Assembly: GCA_028534125.1 (NCBI GenBank)
Contig: CM052816.1
Coordinates: 6,016,001-6,080,000 of the forward strand
Reading direction: 5' to 3'
DNA length: 64,000 nt
Source: Lama glama
Taxonomy: Eukaryota
The number at the start of each line of letters is the position of its first letter. Positions within the stretch are counted from its first letter, which is position 1. The notes beneath the pieces are model-generated. The model saw only the letters and a list, made by a program, of their open reading frames with translations, was not told the DNA's origin and did not search any database. The position numbers and the translations under genes were made by a program. Of the stretch, positions 27,201 through 40,077 are shown in pieces.

Positions 27201-29094
27201 TGCAATATTCAAGTGCACTCATCTCTCATAGGTTAATATATTTCTCTGTACATTGTGTTTGTATCCATGCCTGTTTCTTCCATTTGATTTTTAAAGCTTT
27301 GAGAGCAAAAACCATATCTGATTCATCTCACACACCAGTCTCCTACCACAAGGCATGCAGGGCTGAGCTGTGTATGAGATCAGCACAATCATTCTGACCC
27401 AGTGAGCAAAATGGGCACATCTGGTTCTTGGAGCCCAGGTTGGGAGGAGCGGTTCACCTTGTCTCCCCTCCAGGATCCACGGTTGGTTTCCTGGCCCCTA
27501 CCTCACTGTGGTATCTGTGTAAGTTATCTCCAGGTTTGGTTCACCTGAGGGGAGCACACAAGAAGTGGTTGTTTATTTCTCAACCATCTGAACTACATGT
27601 GCTTCATTGATCTGAAGGATTTGTCTGAAACAAGCACTAAATTTAAAAAAAATTGTCTTCTTGGTAGATTTCTGATACATTCCATTTCAACAAGCTGGAA
27701 GTGTCTACAGTGAGAACTCAGTCTGACAGCAGCTTAACCAAATATACCCTTTGCCTCCTTTAAGGCTTTGGAGGTAAAGAGAAGAGATGGCTAGCTTAAA
27801 ATCAGTGCATTTATCATTATCTGTGCAGTGTAGGGCTTCAGATTGAACTAAGGTCCCTTTGAAAATACATGCACCAAAGGATGACTTAAATATCACCATC
27901 AGTACAGTATTCTTCAGTTTAAGGCTTTGGTTCCTGCTAAAAGATAAATCCATCTCCTCTCCTCTCCTCTCCACTGTCTCAAAAATGCTGGGATAATGCC
28001 TCAAGCTATTTGCATTCATTTACACTTGAGTTCAAATGAGATTTAGAATCTTCTTGAGAACCGGATTGCTTTAGAAAAACCATCTGGCATTCTAGTAAGG
28101 GTAGTGGGGCTCAGAGTCAAAAGTCTGAGGGCCTTGCATTCTGTCTTACACTGTGTGGCTGCAGGAAGTTAAAAGAATTATTCTGGGCTCAAGTTGGTTA
28201 TCTGTGAATGAGAGATTCTAATCTCTGCTCCAAATATCTGGTTGATCTCAACAACTGCCTTGAATGGAGAGTTTTAGAATGTCTGTTCAAATCACCATTT
28301 CTCCTTTTCTCTAAGAAATGTCCTCCCATTTCGCCCTAGCCAAGAAATGAGTCCCAAGCAGCTATGTGTCCTCTAAGTTACTTTCTTCACTTGCTGAAGT
28401 TGAGCAGCAGGGTGGACCCTGTATCTCAGCTGGATCAGTCACATGGTTTCTTCCAGAACATTAGAATTGTGATTGAATGGTGATGGCTCATCTGTGCTGG
28501 CGGACTGCAGCCACCTGGGACCCTTGGGGTGTTCGTTGGTTTTTTGAGTCAACTGTGGACTCCCAAAATTGAATTTGTAGAGACAGAGGATGAAGTAGAG
28601 GTGCCAAGAAGAGCAAGGACTGTAGACTAAGCCATGCGTGGGTTTCTGCGAGCATTTCCGACCTTTGTTCTAGTGTTTTCTCATGTCTACGAGAGACGTT
28701 CCTGGCCTTGGGTTTTCTCAGGCATTCCTGTACCCTTATAATAATTTCCCTCTTTTTGCCTAAGCTAGCACAAGGCTATTTCTATTCCTTGCAAGCAAAA
28801 ATGTTCTTGTGAGATTGATATAGTGGTGTAGGGAGCCACTAGGGCTGAAGAAAGGATGCCCTATCCTGTGGAAATGATTAGGCAGAAAAATAGCCAACTG
28901 GAAATCTTGTTCACCACCCTTGGGTTTCCATCCACTGACTCAGCTAAGGTCCCCAAGTATTTCAAAGCCTTCCAATCTAATGGATATTTTCCATTCTGAC
29001 CCTTTTTTTTTTTAACTTTCTGCAACATTTAATATCTTAACCAAACCTTTATTTTTTCCCCTTTGTTAGCATTTTTATTTGTCCTATGCACTAA

Positions 29095-29390
29095 TATTTT
29101 TATAACTTATTGAGTTATAATTGGTAGACAATAAATGGCAGATGCTTAAAGTATACAATTTGATGTACAATTTGATTTTGGCCCATGTATGCAGCTATGG
29201 AACCATCACACAGACAAGGCAATGAATACATCCATCGCTCCTTAAAGTTTCCCGGTACCCCTTTGCAATCTCTCTCTCTTCCCCTCATCCCAGATTCCCT
29301 AACAACCACAGGTTTGCTTTCTGTCACTATAGAACAGTTGGCATTTTTTAGAATTTCATATAAACAGAATCATATAGTATGTGCTCTTTT
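29095..29390 (-). mobile_element. Old L1 (L1MB/MC-type) 3' end
   Basis: ttattgagttataatt...cttaaagtatacaatttgatg...ctttctgtcactatag...tagaatttcatataaacagaatcatatagtatgt. Confidence 0.8.
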
Positions 29391-30950
29391 CAGAAACCAA
29401 TCCTTCAGTAAATACTGGAGCACTTCAGCCCTGGGGATACAGCCAAGAACTGGATGGACATGGTTCTTGTCATGATGGAGGTTCAGTCTACCAAGAGAGG
29501 CAGATATTGAGTAAATAATTATAGTAAAGCCTGTTGCATGTTTTCATAAGAGGAGGAGCAGTGGAGGAGGTATATACCGGGGTGTCTAACCTTGGGAGTG
29601 ATGAGAGCTCTGAAGGTCTAGTAGGAATAAGACCGATGAAAGGTACAGGGATGGGAGTGGGGTCCAGGCAGAGGGCACAGAATGGGAGAAGATTAAGAGG
29701 AAAAGGGAAACATGGCATATTTAAGGAACAGAAAGTAGGGCAGTTTGGAGGACACCCTCTCCCTCTGGTGTGGGGGGTGGTTGTGAGCCGTAAGAGAGGA
29801 ATGTGTAGAAGTGGGCAAATCACTGTTGGCCTGCTGGCTTAGATTCTCTTTTCTCCTTACTTCTGACCCTCATTCAACCTTTCCAGCAGTCCCTTATCTT
29901 CATTTATTCTTTGCCAGGACAGTAGCTCAATTATGGTGGAGGCAAAGAAAAGTTAACCCTAGAAGAGGAATTGAATTACCTAGAGTCACACGGCTAGCTG
30001 GAACCAAGGTGTGGTTATAACTCAGTCCTCCAAGCTCGAGGTTCGATACTTCCACACATTTGGATGGTAGGACAGAACGTCAGCTCCCCAGGGCTTTTGA
30101 GTCCCTGACATCCTAATAGACTTTGGAATCAGAGTCAAAATCAAGGGTATGTCAACTGTCAAAGACACGAAGCAGAAGGAAGTTGCTTCATTGACACACA
30201 GACAGCCCCACACCACTTAGCATTTGATTATCTACTGGCAGCAAAGCCTGCTTATGCCATCCCTTATATTTTTCTTCAATTTAATGAAGTAATTAATGCT
30301 ATAAAAAGCTATGAAAATATAAATGTAAGAAAGCATGTTGCATAATTAATAATATATGCATATGCATGGAGGGTGTTTCTTTCTGGCATATATATGCATA
30401 TGCCATTAATTGAAACATAGTCACTTTGTTTTACTGCCAGGGTATTGGTATAAGCTGCACTGTCTGTATGCCAGTTTCCAGCCTGATTCCAGGGTATATT
30501 ATGTTGATCCAACGGAGGACCATCAGGGACCTGGGGACTGGGGTGGGGGGAGGTGCTGGGCCGGAGAACTGGGGTGCTAACTGGCTTCTAGATTCAGCTC
30601 TGTATTAACTCATTGTATGACCTCAGTTACTTTCCTCTGGGCCTCAGTTCCCCCACCTGTCAAGTTGAGAGTTGGACCGTATGATAGTTTACATAAAATA
30701 TAGGCAGCACATCTCTTCATTCAAATGAAATCTAAGTGGAAACTGATATAAAAGATGTAGAAGTGGAATCTCCAGTTTAAATTTGCAGCAGGGCCTTCCC
30801 TCTAGTGCAGTGTTTTATTACTCCATGCTCCTCCTGTGTCCTTCAAGGATCTATCCATTAACTTGTAAAACACTGGGCTAGATCATTGGAAGAGTCCCTT
30901 ATGGTACTTTTTAACCTCCTTTCAGGCATTTCAGCTACAGAAGGTCACAT

Positions 30951-33073
30951 CAGGCCTTGTAATATGGTGGGAAAGCTGGATGGCAAGTTGAGAGGCCGAG
31001 TCCACATTTGGGCCCTGTCCCCCGTTAGTGCTGTGACCTCACGTCTATCTTCTCCTCAACTTGCTTGTCTTGACTTCTTGTCTGTCAAGAAAGAAAGTAT
31101 TCCTTGTCTTGTCTTATCACATAGAGGTACCAAATTAGATGCCATATGTCAAGGTGCTTTTAATCTAAGTGTACAATAAGAAGGCAAAAACACTCTTTTC
31201 CTGAGGGTTAAGGCTGTAGGCTCTGACCCCAGTTGCTCTGCCACTTACTAACTATGTGACCATGAATAAGTTAACTTTCTGTATGGTGGTGTCCTCATCT
31301 GTAAAGCCATCATAATATTATCTGTGTATGAGTGGTTTGGTTAATGTATCTATGACAGTGAAAAGCAGTGTCCAAGTGCCATAAATGTTTACCATTATTG
31401 TTGCTTTTTAAAAATTATTATTATCAACAATGTTGGTGGCAATCAGGAGGAGGTCTGCTCTCTTTCTTTCTTTCTTTTTCTTTTTTTCTCTCTTTCTTTT
31501 TATTGAAGTACAGTCAGTTACAATGTGTCAATTTCTGGTATATAGCATAATGTCCCAGTCATGCATATATATATATATACACATATATTTGTTTTCATAA
31601 AGGTTATTACAAGATATTGACTATAGTTCCCTGTGCTATACAGAAGAAATCCAGTTTTTATTTATTTTTATATATACTGGTTAACATTTGCAAATCTCAA
31701 ACACCCAAATTTATTCCTTCCCACCCACTTTCCCCTGGTAACTATAAGATTATTTACTATATCTNNNNNNNNNNNNNNNNNNNNNNNNNNNNNNNNNNNN
31801 NNNNNNNNNNNNNNNNNNNNNNNNNNNNNNNNNNNNNNNNNNNNNNNNNNNNNNNNNNNNNNNNNNNNNNNNNNNNNNNNNNNNNNNNNNNNNNNNNNNN
31901 NNNNNNNNNNNNNNNNNNNNNNNNNNNNNNNNNNNNNNNNNNNNNNNNNNNNNNNNNNNNNNNNNNNNNNNNNNNNNNNNNNNNNNNNNNNNNNNNNNNN
32001 NNNNNNNNNNNNNNNNNNNNNNNNNNNNNNNNNNNNNNNNNNNNNNNNNNNNNNNNNNNNNNNNNNNNNNNNNNNNNNNNNNNNNNNNNNNNNNNNNNNN
32101 NNNNNNNNNNNNNNNNNNNNNNNNNNNNNNNNNNNNNNNNNNNNNNNNNNNNNNNNNNNNNNNNNNNNNNNNNNNNNNNNNNNNNNNNNNNNNNNNNNNN
32201 NNNNNNNNNNNNNNNNNNNNNNNNNNNNNNNNNNNNNNNNNNNNNNNNNNNNNNNNNNNNNNNNCAGGCCTTGTAATATGGTGGGAAAGCTGGATGGCAA
32301 TTGAGAGGCCGAGTCCACATTTGGGCCCTGTCCCCCGTTAGTGCTGTGACCTCACATCTATCTTCTCCTCAACTTGCTTGTCTTGACTTCTTGTCTGTCA
32401 AGAAAGAAAGTATTCCTTGTCTTGTCTTATCACATAGAGGTACCAAATTAGATGCCATATGTCAAGGTGCGTTTAATCTAAGTGTACAATAAGAAGGCAA
32501 AAACACTCTTTTCCTGAGGGTTAAGGCTGTAGGCTCTGACCCCAGTTGCTCTGCCACTTACTAACTATGTGACCATGAATAAGTTAACTTTCTGTATGGT
32601 GGTGTCCTCATCTGTAAAGCCATCATAATATTATCTGTGTCTGAGTGGTTTGGTTAATGTATCTATGACAGTGAAAAGCAGTGTCCAAGTGCCATAAATG
32701 TTTATCATTATTGTTGCTTTTTAAAAATTATTATTATCAACAATGTTGGTGGGAATCAGGAGGAGGTCTGCTCTCTTTCTTTCTTTCTTTTTCTTTTTTT
32801 CTCTCTTTCTTTTTATTGAAGTACAGTCAGTTACAATGTGTCAATTTCTGGTATATAGCATAATGTCCCAGTCATGCATATATATATACACATATATTTG
32901 TTTTCATAAAGGTTATTACAAGATATTGACTATAGTTCCCTGTGCTATACAGAAGAAATCCAGTTTTTATTTATTTTTATATATACTGGTTAACATTTGC
33001 AAATCTCAAACACCCAAATTTATTCCTTCCCACCCACTTTCCCCTGGTAACTATAAGATTATTTACTATATCT
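30951..33073. repeat. ~810-bp direct repeat (30951-31764 and 32265-33073) flanking an assembly gap; probable haplotypic false duplication
   Basis: The two copies abut the N-run and differ by 5 substitutions, a 1-bp indel and a 4-bp (TA)n length difference. Confidence 0.9.
31765..32264. other. Assembly gap (500 N)
   Basis: Run of N read directly. Confidence 1.
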
Positions 33074-33111
33074 GCAATTCTGTTTCTGTTTCCTATATGA
33101 GTTCATTAGGG

Positions 33112-33158
<47 letters not shown>

Positions 33159-33522
33159 CTTCTTTCCTTCCTTCCTTTCTTTTTTAGATTCCATATAAGA
33201 GTGATGTCATATGGTATTTTTCTTTCTCTTTCTGACTTACTTCACTTAGAATGACAATCTCCAGGTCCATCCATGTTGCTGCAAATGGTATTATTTTATT
33301 CTTTTTATGGCTGAGTAGTATTCCATTGTATAAACGTACCACAACTTCTTTATCCAGTCATCTGTCAATGGACATGTAGTTTGCTTCCATGTCTTGGCTA
33401 TTGTGTATAGTGCTGCTATATATTCGGGTGCATGTATCTTTTCGAATTAGAGTTTTCTCTGGATATATGCCCAGGAGTGGGATTGCTGGATCATATGGAA
33501 AGTCTATTTTTAGTTTTTGAGG
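32771..33522 (-). mobile_element. Young camelid-type L1, 5'-truncated, with internal (TTTC)n expansion; its 3' part is duplicated at ~31458-31764
   Basis: ttattgaagtacagtcagttacaatg...ccatccatgttgctgcaaatgg...ggatatatgcccaggagtgggattgctggatcatatgg; aggaggtctg on both sides is a possible TSD. Confidence 0.92.
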
Positions 33523-34249
33523 ACTCAAGGAGGTCTGGATTCTAATCTTGAACCTAATACTCTCTAAATGTGAGTCCTAAGTGAATGAAGAGTCCCACCT
33601 CAGAGAGTTCTGCCAGTCACATCACAGAAGAGCTCAAATGAAACATGGATATTAAAATACTTTGAGAAGATAGCGCATCTTTACAAATATCGAGTTTAGA
33701 TATGCCTTCCAAGACAGACCTAAATGAAGCGCCAGTATTGAAAAATGATTCTGAGGGGGGTTGAACGAAGAAGATAGCAGGTTTAACAGGACATGCAAAT
33801 TTCCCATCACCGTTTTGGCTGAAGCACGAGGGAAATAGGTGGTACATGTTAAAGGAAGACTTGTACGGGATTTGCACAAAGGAGATGGCAGCATAAATCA
33901 TTTACCACCCCGCGTCAACCGCTCACCTCAACCTGTAAAGTTAGAGAGGCTGAAACACAGAGAACAGAGACAGAGTGTTTTCAGAGAGAAATGTTAGTGT
34001 TCTGTGAGCCTGTCAGCAAGGGGGAGGCGTGGGCTGCAGCCTGTCCCTCACCTGAAGCCTGAGTAGAGGGGCTTTAAGGCAAGATGACTTAGAAAGAATC
34101 TCTGTGTTTCTTGGGGTCTGACAGGTGGAGGAGTGGGTGTAGGGGATCATGGCAGCAGACTGGTTATCATTCCTGAGAAACTTGACAGCCAGCTCCTTAA
34201 GTGCCAGAGCAAAGGGGAGGAGACAGAGGTGGAGATCATGGCAGGAGAC

Positions 34250-34728
34250 TGTTACCAAGGGCAAGTTCATGTGCCCGCTGCACCGTGAAGCCAAACAAAC
34301 TGAAACATCTAAGTTTGGAGCAGAGAAAGGTTTATTGCCGGGCTAAGCAAGGAGGGCTGGGTGGCTCATGCCCAGGAAAACCCCAAACTTCCCTAAGGGT
34401 TTCGTCAAAGCGTATTTAAGGGCCAGGTAAGGGAGGGAGGCACTGCAGTGTTCGTGATTAGCTAATGCACAATTCTCTGATTGGTTGATGTTGAGGAAAC
34501 AGGGCGGTCAATACTATCAACCCCTAGGCACCAGAAGGTCTGGGGGCCATGTGCTCATGATCATCAAGTACTTAATGTCTTCCCTCTGGTGGTGGTTTTA
34601 AGCATCTGAAAAACTCAGGAAATACACATGAGATACTGTTATCTGGGTACTTCAGAGAGGAGCTGCAGCAGAGGATGTGAGGGAGGGGTCTGACCTTGGA
34701 AAGCCCCACAGGGTCCTGCTCGGTTACA
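34250..34728 (-). mobile_element. ERV1-class solo LTR
   Basis: TG...CA termini (tgttacc...ggttaca), near-TSD agac/agat, minus-strand AATAAA at 34331-34336; related to the LTR at 43257. Confidence 0.85.
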
Positions 34729-35732
34729 AGATACCTGAACAGTTCCAGTGGACCAGATGTGGGCCATGTGTGAGAGACACTGGAATGGGTCACCTTAGGC
34801 ATTTCCAAGGAGACGTCCTGAAGAAGTGAAAAGGTCTCACCCAGACGGAGTGGAGGTGCACTCCCTGGTTCAGGGATTAAGCAAAGAGCTGTAAGTAATG
34901 AGGCAAAACAGAGCATTAGCCTTTTTACGGGAACTGTAGATACCAGATACACATTTATAAATGCTCATTGAACACCTCCCCACAACACACACACGCGCAC
35001 ACACACACATGCAAACATACACACGCACAAAGAAAAAAGTCAGCTGTGAATGTCTCCCCGGTGCAGGGAGTGCAATATCAGCTCACACAGTTACCAGTCC
35101 AGCCACAACTTCCCTGCTCAGTCCACACTGCACCCTGAATCCTGAAGACTCAGAAATCTTGGTTAGCAAAATGGAGGAAGCACGAGGCGGAGAAAGGGAT
35201 TAGGAACCATCCACAGTCTGTGTCCTTGTTCACCATTTGCTTCTTTCTGCTTATAAGGTGTACACATTCGGTATGGGGAGAAATTGCGCTTTGAGATTTG
35301 AAATATTGACTGTCACATGGGGCTAGGTATTTCACTCTCTGGATTGACGTTGCGCACATTACCTTGGAAAAGCATGAGAGCACCATGGGCACGAGGAGCT
35401 AGTTCCCCCGATTAAATGGACAGAATGAGACAAAAATACAGTCGCTTGATGATAACATCTTACCATGATTTTCAAATTAATGGTTACCAGGTGCTAAACT
35501 ACATGTTATGAAAATCAGATCTTCTTTCATCCAAAGGGATAGAAAAAAATTGTTGTTTTAATCTGAGAAAGAATGAAAAACAAATCAGTTTCAGCCCTTA
35601 AGCTGTGTAAATCGTGAGGCTGCCACCGAGACGGCAAGGACTCAGAATTACGTCGTGAACTCAGGCTTATTCTGGGACAGGGTTAGCCTTGTATACAGGT
35701 TAAGAGGTTAATTACCAAAATTAGGTAATTTT

Positions 35733-36656
35733 ATTTTATTTTTTAACACCTTTATTGTGGTATGGTTCCTGTACGGTAAACTACACATATTTCAGATGAA
35801 TTTTGATAGATGTATACACCCATGAAACCACCACCACGATCAACAGAGCTAACATATCCATCACTCCCCAAGAGGTGCAATTTTCAAATTCCCAGTTTAT
35901 CCCTTCCCACCCCCTTTATCCCCTGGTAACGATAAGTTTGTTCTCTATGTCTGTGAGTCTGTTTCTGTTTTGAGATAAGTTTATTTGTGTCCTTTTTGAA
36001 AGATTCCACATGTAAGTGACATATGATATTTTTCTTTCTCTTTCTGGCTTACTTCATTTAGTATGACAATCTCCAGTTCCATCCATGTTGCTGCAAATGG
36101 CAATATTTTATTCTTTTTTATGGCTGAGTAGTATTCTATCTCTGTGTGTGTACACACACACACACACACACACATCACATCACATCACATCACATCTTCT
36201 TTATCCAGTCATCTTTTGATGGACATTTGGGTTGTTTCCATGTCTTGGCTATTGTAAATAGTGCTGCTGTGAACATAGGGGTGCGTGTGTCTTTTTGAAT
36301 TATATTTTTCTCTAGATATATGCCCAGGAGTGGGATTGCTGGGTCATATGGTAAGTCTATTTTTAGTTTTTTAAGGAACCTCTATTCTGTGGCTGCACCA
36401 CTTTACATTCCCACCGACAGTGTAGGAAAGTTCCTTTTTCTCCTCACCCTCTTCAGTATTATTGTTTGTAGACTTTTGAATGATGGCTATTCTGACTGGT
36501 GTGAGGTGATACCTCATTGTAATTTTGATTTGCATTTTTTAACAATTAGTGACGTTGAGCATCTTTTCATGTACTTGTTGGCCATTTGTATGTCTTCTTT
36601 GGAGAGATGTCTGTTTAGATCTTCTGCCCACTTTTTGCTTTTTTTTTTTTCTGATA
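35733..36656 (-). mobile_element. L1 insertion with a perfect 17-bp TSD; apparently chimeric (old-type 3' tail plus younger body); internal (CA)n and (CACAT)n
   Basis: caaaattaggtaatttt at 35716-35732 and 36657-36673; body has L1 motifs ccatccatgttgctgcaaatggc and gttgagcatcttttcatgtac. Confidence 0.9.
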
Positions 36657-37581
36657 CAAAATTAGGTAATTTTAGAGGGGTCAGATGGTTCCATCATATC
36701 CCCTACCCTCTGCTTAAAAGTATATATTCTTAATATTCCATTTGATGCTTACAACTCGTCCTTTTCTTTCAAATCTTCTGACTCTGAGACAATTAACATT
36801 CCTATGGGTGAATCATGCCTTGTCATTCTCAGTCACTTATCCCCCAGCTAAATGGGTACAAAGCATTTCTGAATTCCGGCTTTGATAGAAGAGAAGGAGT
36901 GGTGGATGGTCCCTGTGCGTTTGGTGGAAGTCAATGAGTGCTCGTAAAGGAGGAAATGCTACAAGGTCTACAAGAAGGTTGTTCAGGCAACCTTGTAACT
37001 GACTCGGATAAGTTCTGCACCAGAAGCTTCTTGTCACTCCCTGTATTATCCTTTGATTTTCTTTAAGCTGTGATAGAGAAGTTGAGCTTAATTGTATCAT
37101 AGCATCAGAATATCAGAGGCAAACCTAAAGATCATCTAGCACTGGGAAGGTAACCACATTCCATCTTGTGTGTTAATTCCCAAAGCATCTGTGATAGCCT
37201 GGCCCACAGGGTGGAGGACGGTAAGGCCTCGTTTTCACTGAGGAAGTCAGGATGGGGTCTGTGGGTGAAAGGGGGCAATGGGCACACACACGCCATTTCT
37301 TTCCCAACCTGGATCTCCACAGTCTGCACCCACCCAGAGTCTTCGCCTTCTGCCTGTGTCTCCCCACAGCCAGGGACACTTGACAGCCTGTGACCTTCTC
37401 TGTAAAATGGAGATGGTAGCATTCATGCCATAGAGTGACTGTGAGATGTAAGTGAGCTAGTGGGTGTAAAGTGTTGACATACACCTAGTTTTTATATAAA
37501 TCAAGTGTCTCAATGGGCTTTCCAAGATGAGATTTATTCCCATATTCCAGGTAATTTTAAGACATTACAAAAAGGATTCCA

Positions 37582-37717
37582 TATATTCAAAAGCTTGTTA
37601 TAACCTATAATGAAAAAGAATATGAAAAAGATCATATAAATGTGTATGGATAACTGAATCACTATGCTGTACACCAGAAACTAGCATTGTAAAGCAACTG
37701 TACTTCAATTAAAACAA
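37582..37717 (+). mobile_element. Short L1 3' end with perfect 13-bp TSD
   Basis: aaaaaggattcca at 37569-37581 and 37718-37730; body tataacctataatgaaaaagaatatgaaaa...tgtacttcaattaaaa. Confidence 0.92.
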
Positions 37718-38249
37718 AAAAAGGATTCCAACTGAGAAGCACATCACTACACAGCTGGAAATTGCCAAGCTGAGGTTCAAATCTAGATCTTTTCTGACTC
37801 CAAAGATTCTGTTTTTTCTAAGAGACCATTCTGCCTTCTAGGAACTGAAATCTTTTTCTTGGAACTGGGACCCCATCACTTGTCTGGCATTTCGTGGATG
37901 ATGTGTGTCTGCACATCAGACACTCGCCTGTTTCTGGAGCTCTCATGCCTTTGATACCCCCTCCCCAATGAGGCTCCCAGGCTTGACCAGTGGCCTGGAC
38001 TAGGAGTTCATGTATGTCCTCATGAGCTCAGATGCCCAACTTCTGCAAGTGGACCTGACCTCCCCACTGCAGTACCAGTGAGGAAATCTGGTGTACTTGT
38101 CACTCACCATTTACAGAGCCCTGACTACGTGCTGGGCATTCTACTCTGCACACACAGTGACAAACAGTTATAGCCCAGACCCTAATGGAGCTTACACTCC
38201 AACGGGAAGGCAGGCACTGGAAGAAGGAAGAAAGTCACCCAAGTATGTA

Positions 38250-39078
38250 CAGTTGTCCTCCTTTATTGGTGATTTTGCTTTCCCTGGTTTCAGTTACTTG
38301 CAGTCAGCCGTGGTCCAAGAATATTCAATGTAATTCCAGAAATAAAAAATTTGTAAGTTTTTAATTTCTCGCCATTCTGAGTATCGTGATGAAATCTCGA
38401 GTCATCCTGCTCTGTCCTGCCCTGGCTGTGAATCACCCCTTTGTCGAGTGCAATCCACCCATTAGTCACGTATAGCTAACTCTGCTCTCAGACCAACATC
38501 CCTGGTATCACAGTACTTGTGTTCAAGTCACCCTTATTTTCTTTAATAATGGCTCGAAAGCCCAAGAGCAGTGATGCCAGCAATTCGAATATGCCAAAGA
38601 GAAGCTGTAAGTGCTTCCTTTAAGTGAAAAGATGAAAGTTCTTGACTTAAATTAAAAAAAAAATGATATCCTGAAGGTGTCAAGATCAATGGTAAGAACA
38701 AATCTTCTATCCATGAAACTGCACAGAAGGAAACAGAAATTCATACTAGTTTTGCTGTTGCACCTCACACTGCAAAATTCCAGCCAGTTTGTGACATGTG
38801 CTTAGTTAAGATGGAAAAGGCATTACATTTGTATAATAAGGTATTTTGAGAGAGAGACCACATTCACATCAGTTTTATTACAGTATATTGTTACAATTTC
38901 CCTATTTTATTATTGTTGTTGTTAATCTCTTACTGTGTCTAATTTATAAATTAAACCTTATCATAGGTATGTATGTATAGAAAAAACATAACATATATGG
39001 GGTTCAGTACTATCCACAGTTTCGGGCAGTCACTGGGGGTCTTGGAACATATCCCCCGTGGATAAGGAGGGACCCCTA
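38250..39078 (+). mobile_element. MER44/Tigger7-type TcMar DNA transposon, inserted in an L2 fragment
   Basis: TA-flanked; cagttgtcctcctttat...ggtttcagttac...gccattctgagtatcgtgatgaaatctc...ggaacatatcccccgtggataagg. Confidence 0.85.
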
Positions 39079-40008
39079 TATTTAAGAGCTGTGTAATAAT
39101 TGATCTGAAGGAGAAGTACAGGGTGTAACAGTGGACCATGACCTAATTTGAGGAGTCAAGTTTTGAACTTCTCTTAAACCACATCTCTTTATTGAGATTT
39201 TGGGGATAGAAGTAGTCAGCTCATGCTGGCGTTACAAGGATTGAGAGATAGAATGATTATAAAGTATGAAGCACAGTGTGTGGCACAAAGAACAATGAGA
39301 CTTCAAAAGTTTGCGATGGCGGCCTTTTCTATCGCTATTCTTATTCCTCTCACCTTCTGTGGAACGGGAATCTGTAGTGACACCTGACGGCGGTGGAGAC
39401 ACTAGTCAGGAATCTCTCACTTCTAACCTGTCTCCTTTTCCCTCTCCTGTCACAGTCAGTGGCCTCGCAGGGCTCAATTTCACTACTATACAAAGTAAGA
39501 TACGATATTGTGCATTTTGAAGAGCCAAGTGAAGTGAGTTTTTCAAGGTCACTAGGAAGGTCATGGCTGAGAAGGAAACAGGTCTGCTCACTCCCTATCT
39601 AAGGCGTTTCTGATGTCTTCACTTCCAGGTGATATCTCAGTCCAAAGCAAATTTCCAAATGTTGACAAAGTAGCCCAAGATGCAACAATCTAGACTCCAA
39701 ATAGGCGACAAGGCTTTAGGATTTTCTGTTTTTCATATTGTTTTCTTTCTGTTACATAACCCAGGGCTCCATTGGCCCGGACTATAATCAGCCAAACTCA
39801 AGTGGAGGAAGAGCTACAGCATCAGACCAGAGCCACCCATGGTCTCTGTGCTTCCATCAGTTGCCTGAACCCGTAAGTCCCTCTCACCTGAATTTTCTCC
39901 GCAGGAATGCCAGCGGGAAAGTCTACGGCAGGTGGAGGAGACTGGCTGTGCCGATAGAAAATACAATCTGATGCTTGTTTTTAAATCCTAGCATCAAAAC
40001 CAAGCAGA

Positions 40009-40077
40009 AGCTTTGCGCAGTGGCAGTATCGTAGCCAATGAGGTTTATCCGAGGCGCGATTATTGCTAATTGAAAAC
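40009..40077 (+). pseudogene. U4 snRNA retropseudogene, 3'-truncated (nt 1-69), no poly(A), with 13-bp TSD
   Basis: agctttgcgcagtggcagtatcgtagccaatgaggtttatccgaggcgcgattattgctaattgaaaac matches the U4 5' half as I recall it. Flanked by aaaaccaagcaga at 39996-40008 and 40073-40085. The Sm site and 3' stem-loops are absent. Confidence 0.95.

Noticed and set aside
31617..32320. Long ORFs (187-223 aa) in the ORF track
   Set aside because: Artefacts of translating through the 500-N gap.
39920..39946. gtctacggc...ggagactg resembling the U4 3' terminal stem, just upstream of the pseudogene
   Set aside because: Short, interrupted similarity lying outside the TSD; most likely chance.
40009..40077. 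Functional U4 snRNA gene
   Set aside because: The 3' half including the Sm site is missing, and the copy is bounded by a TSD.
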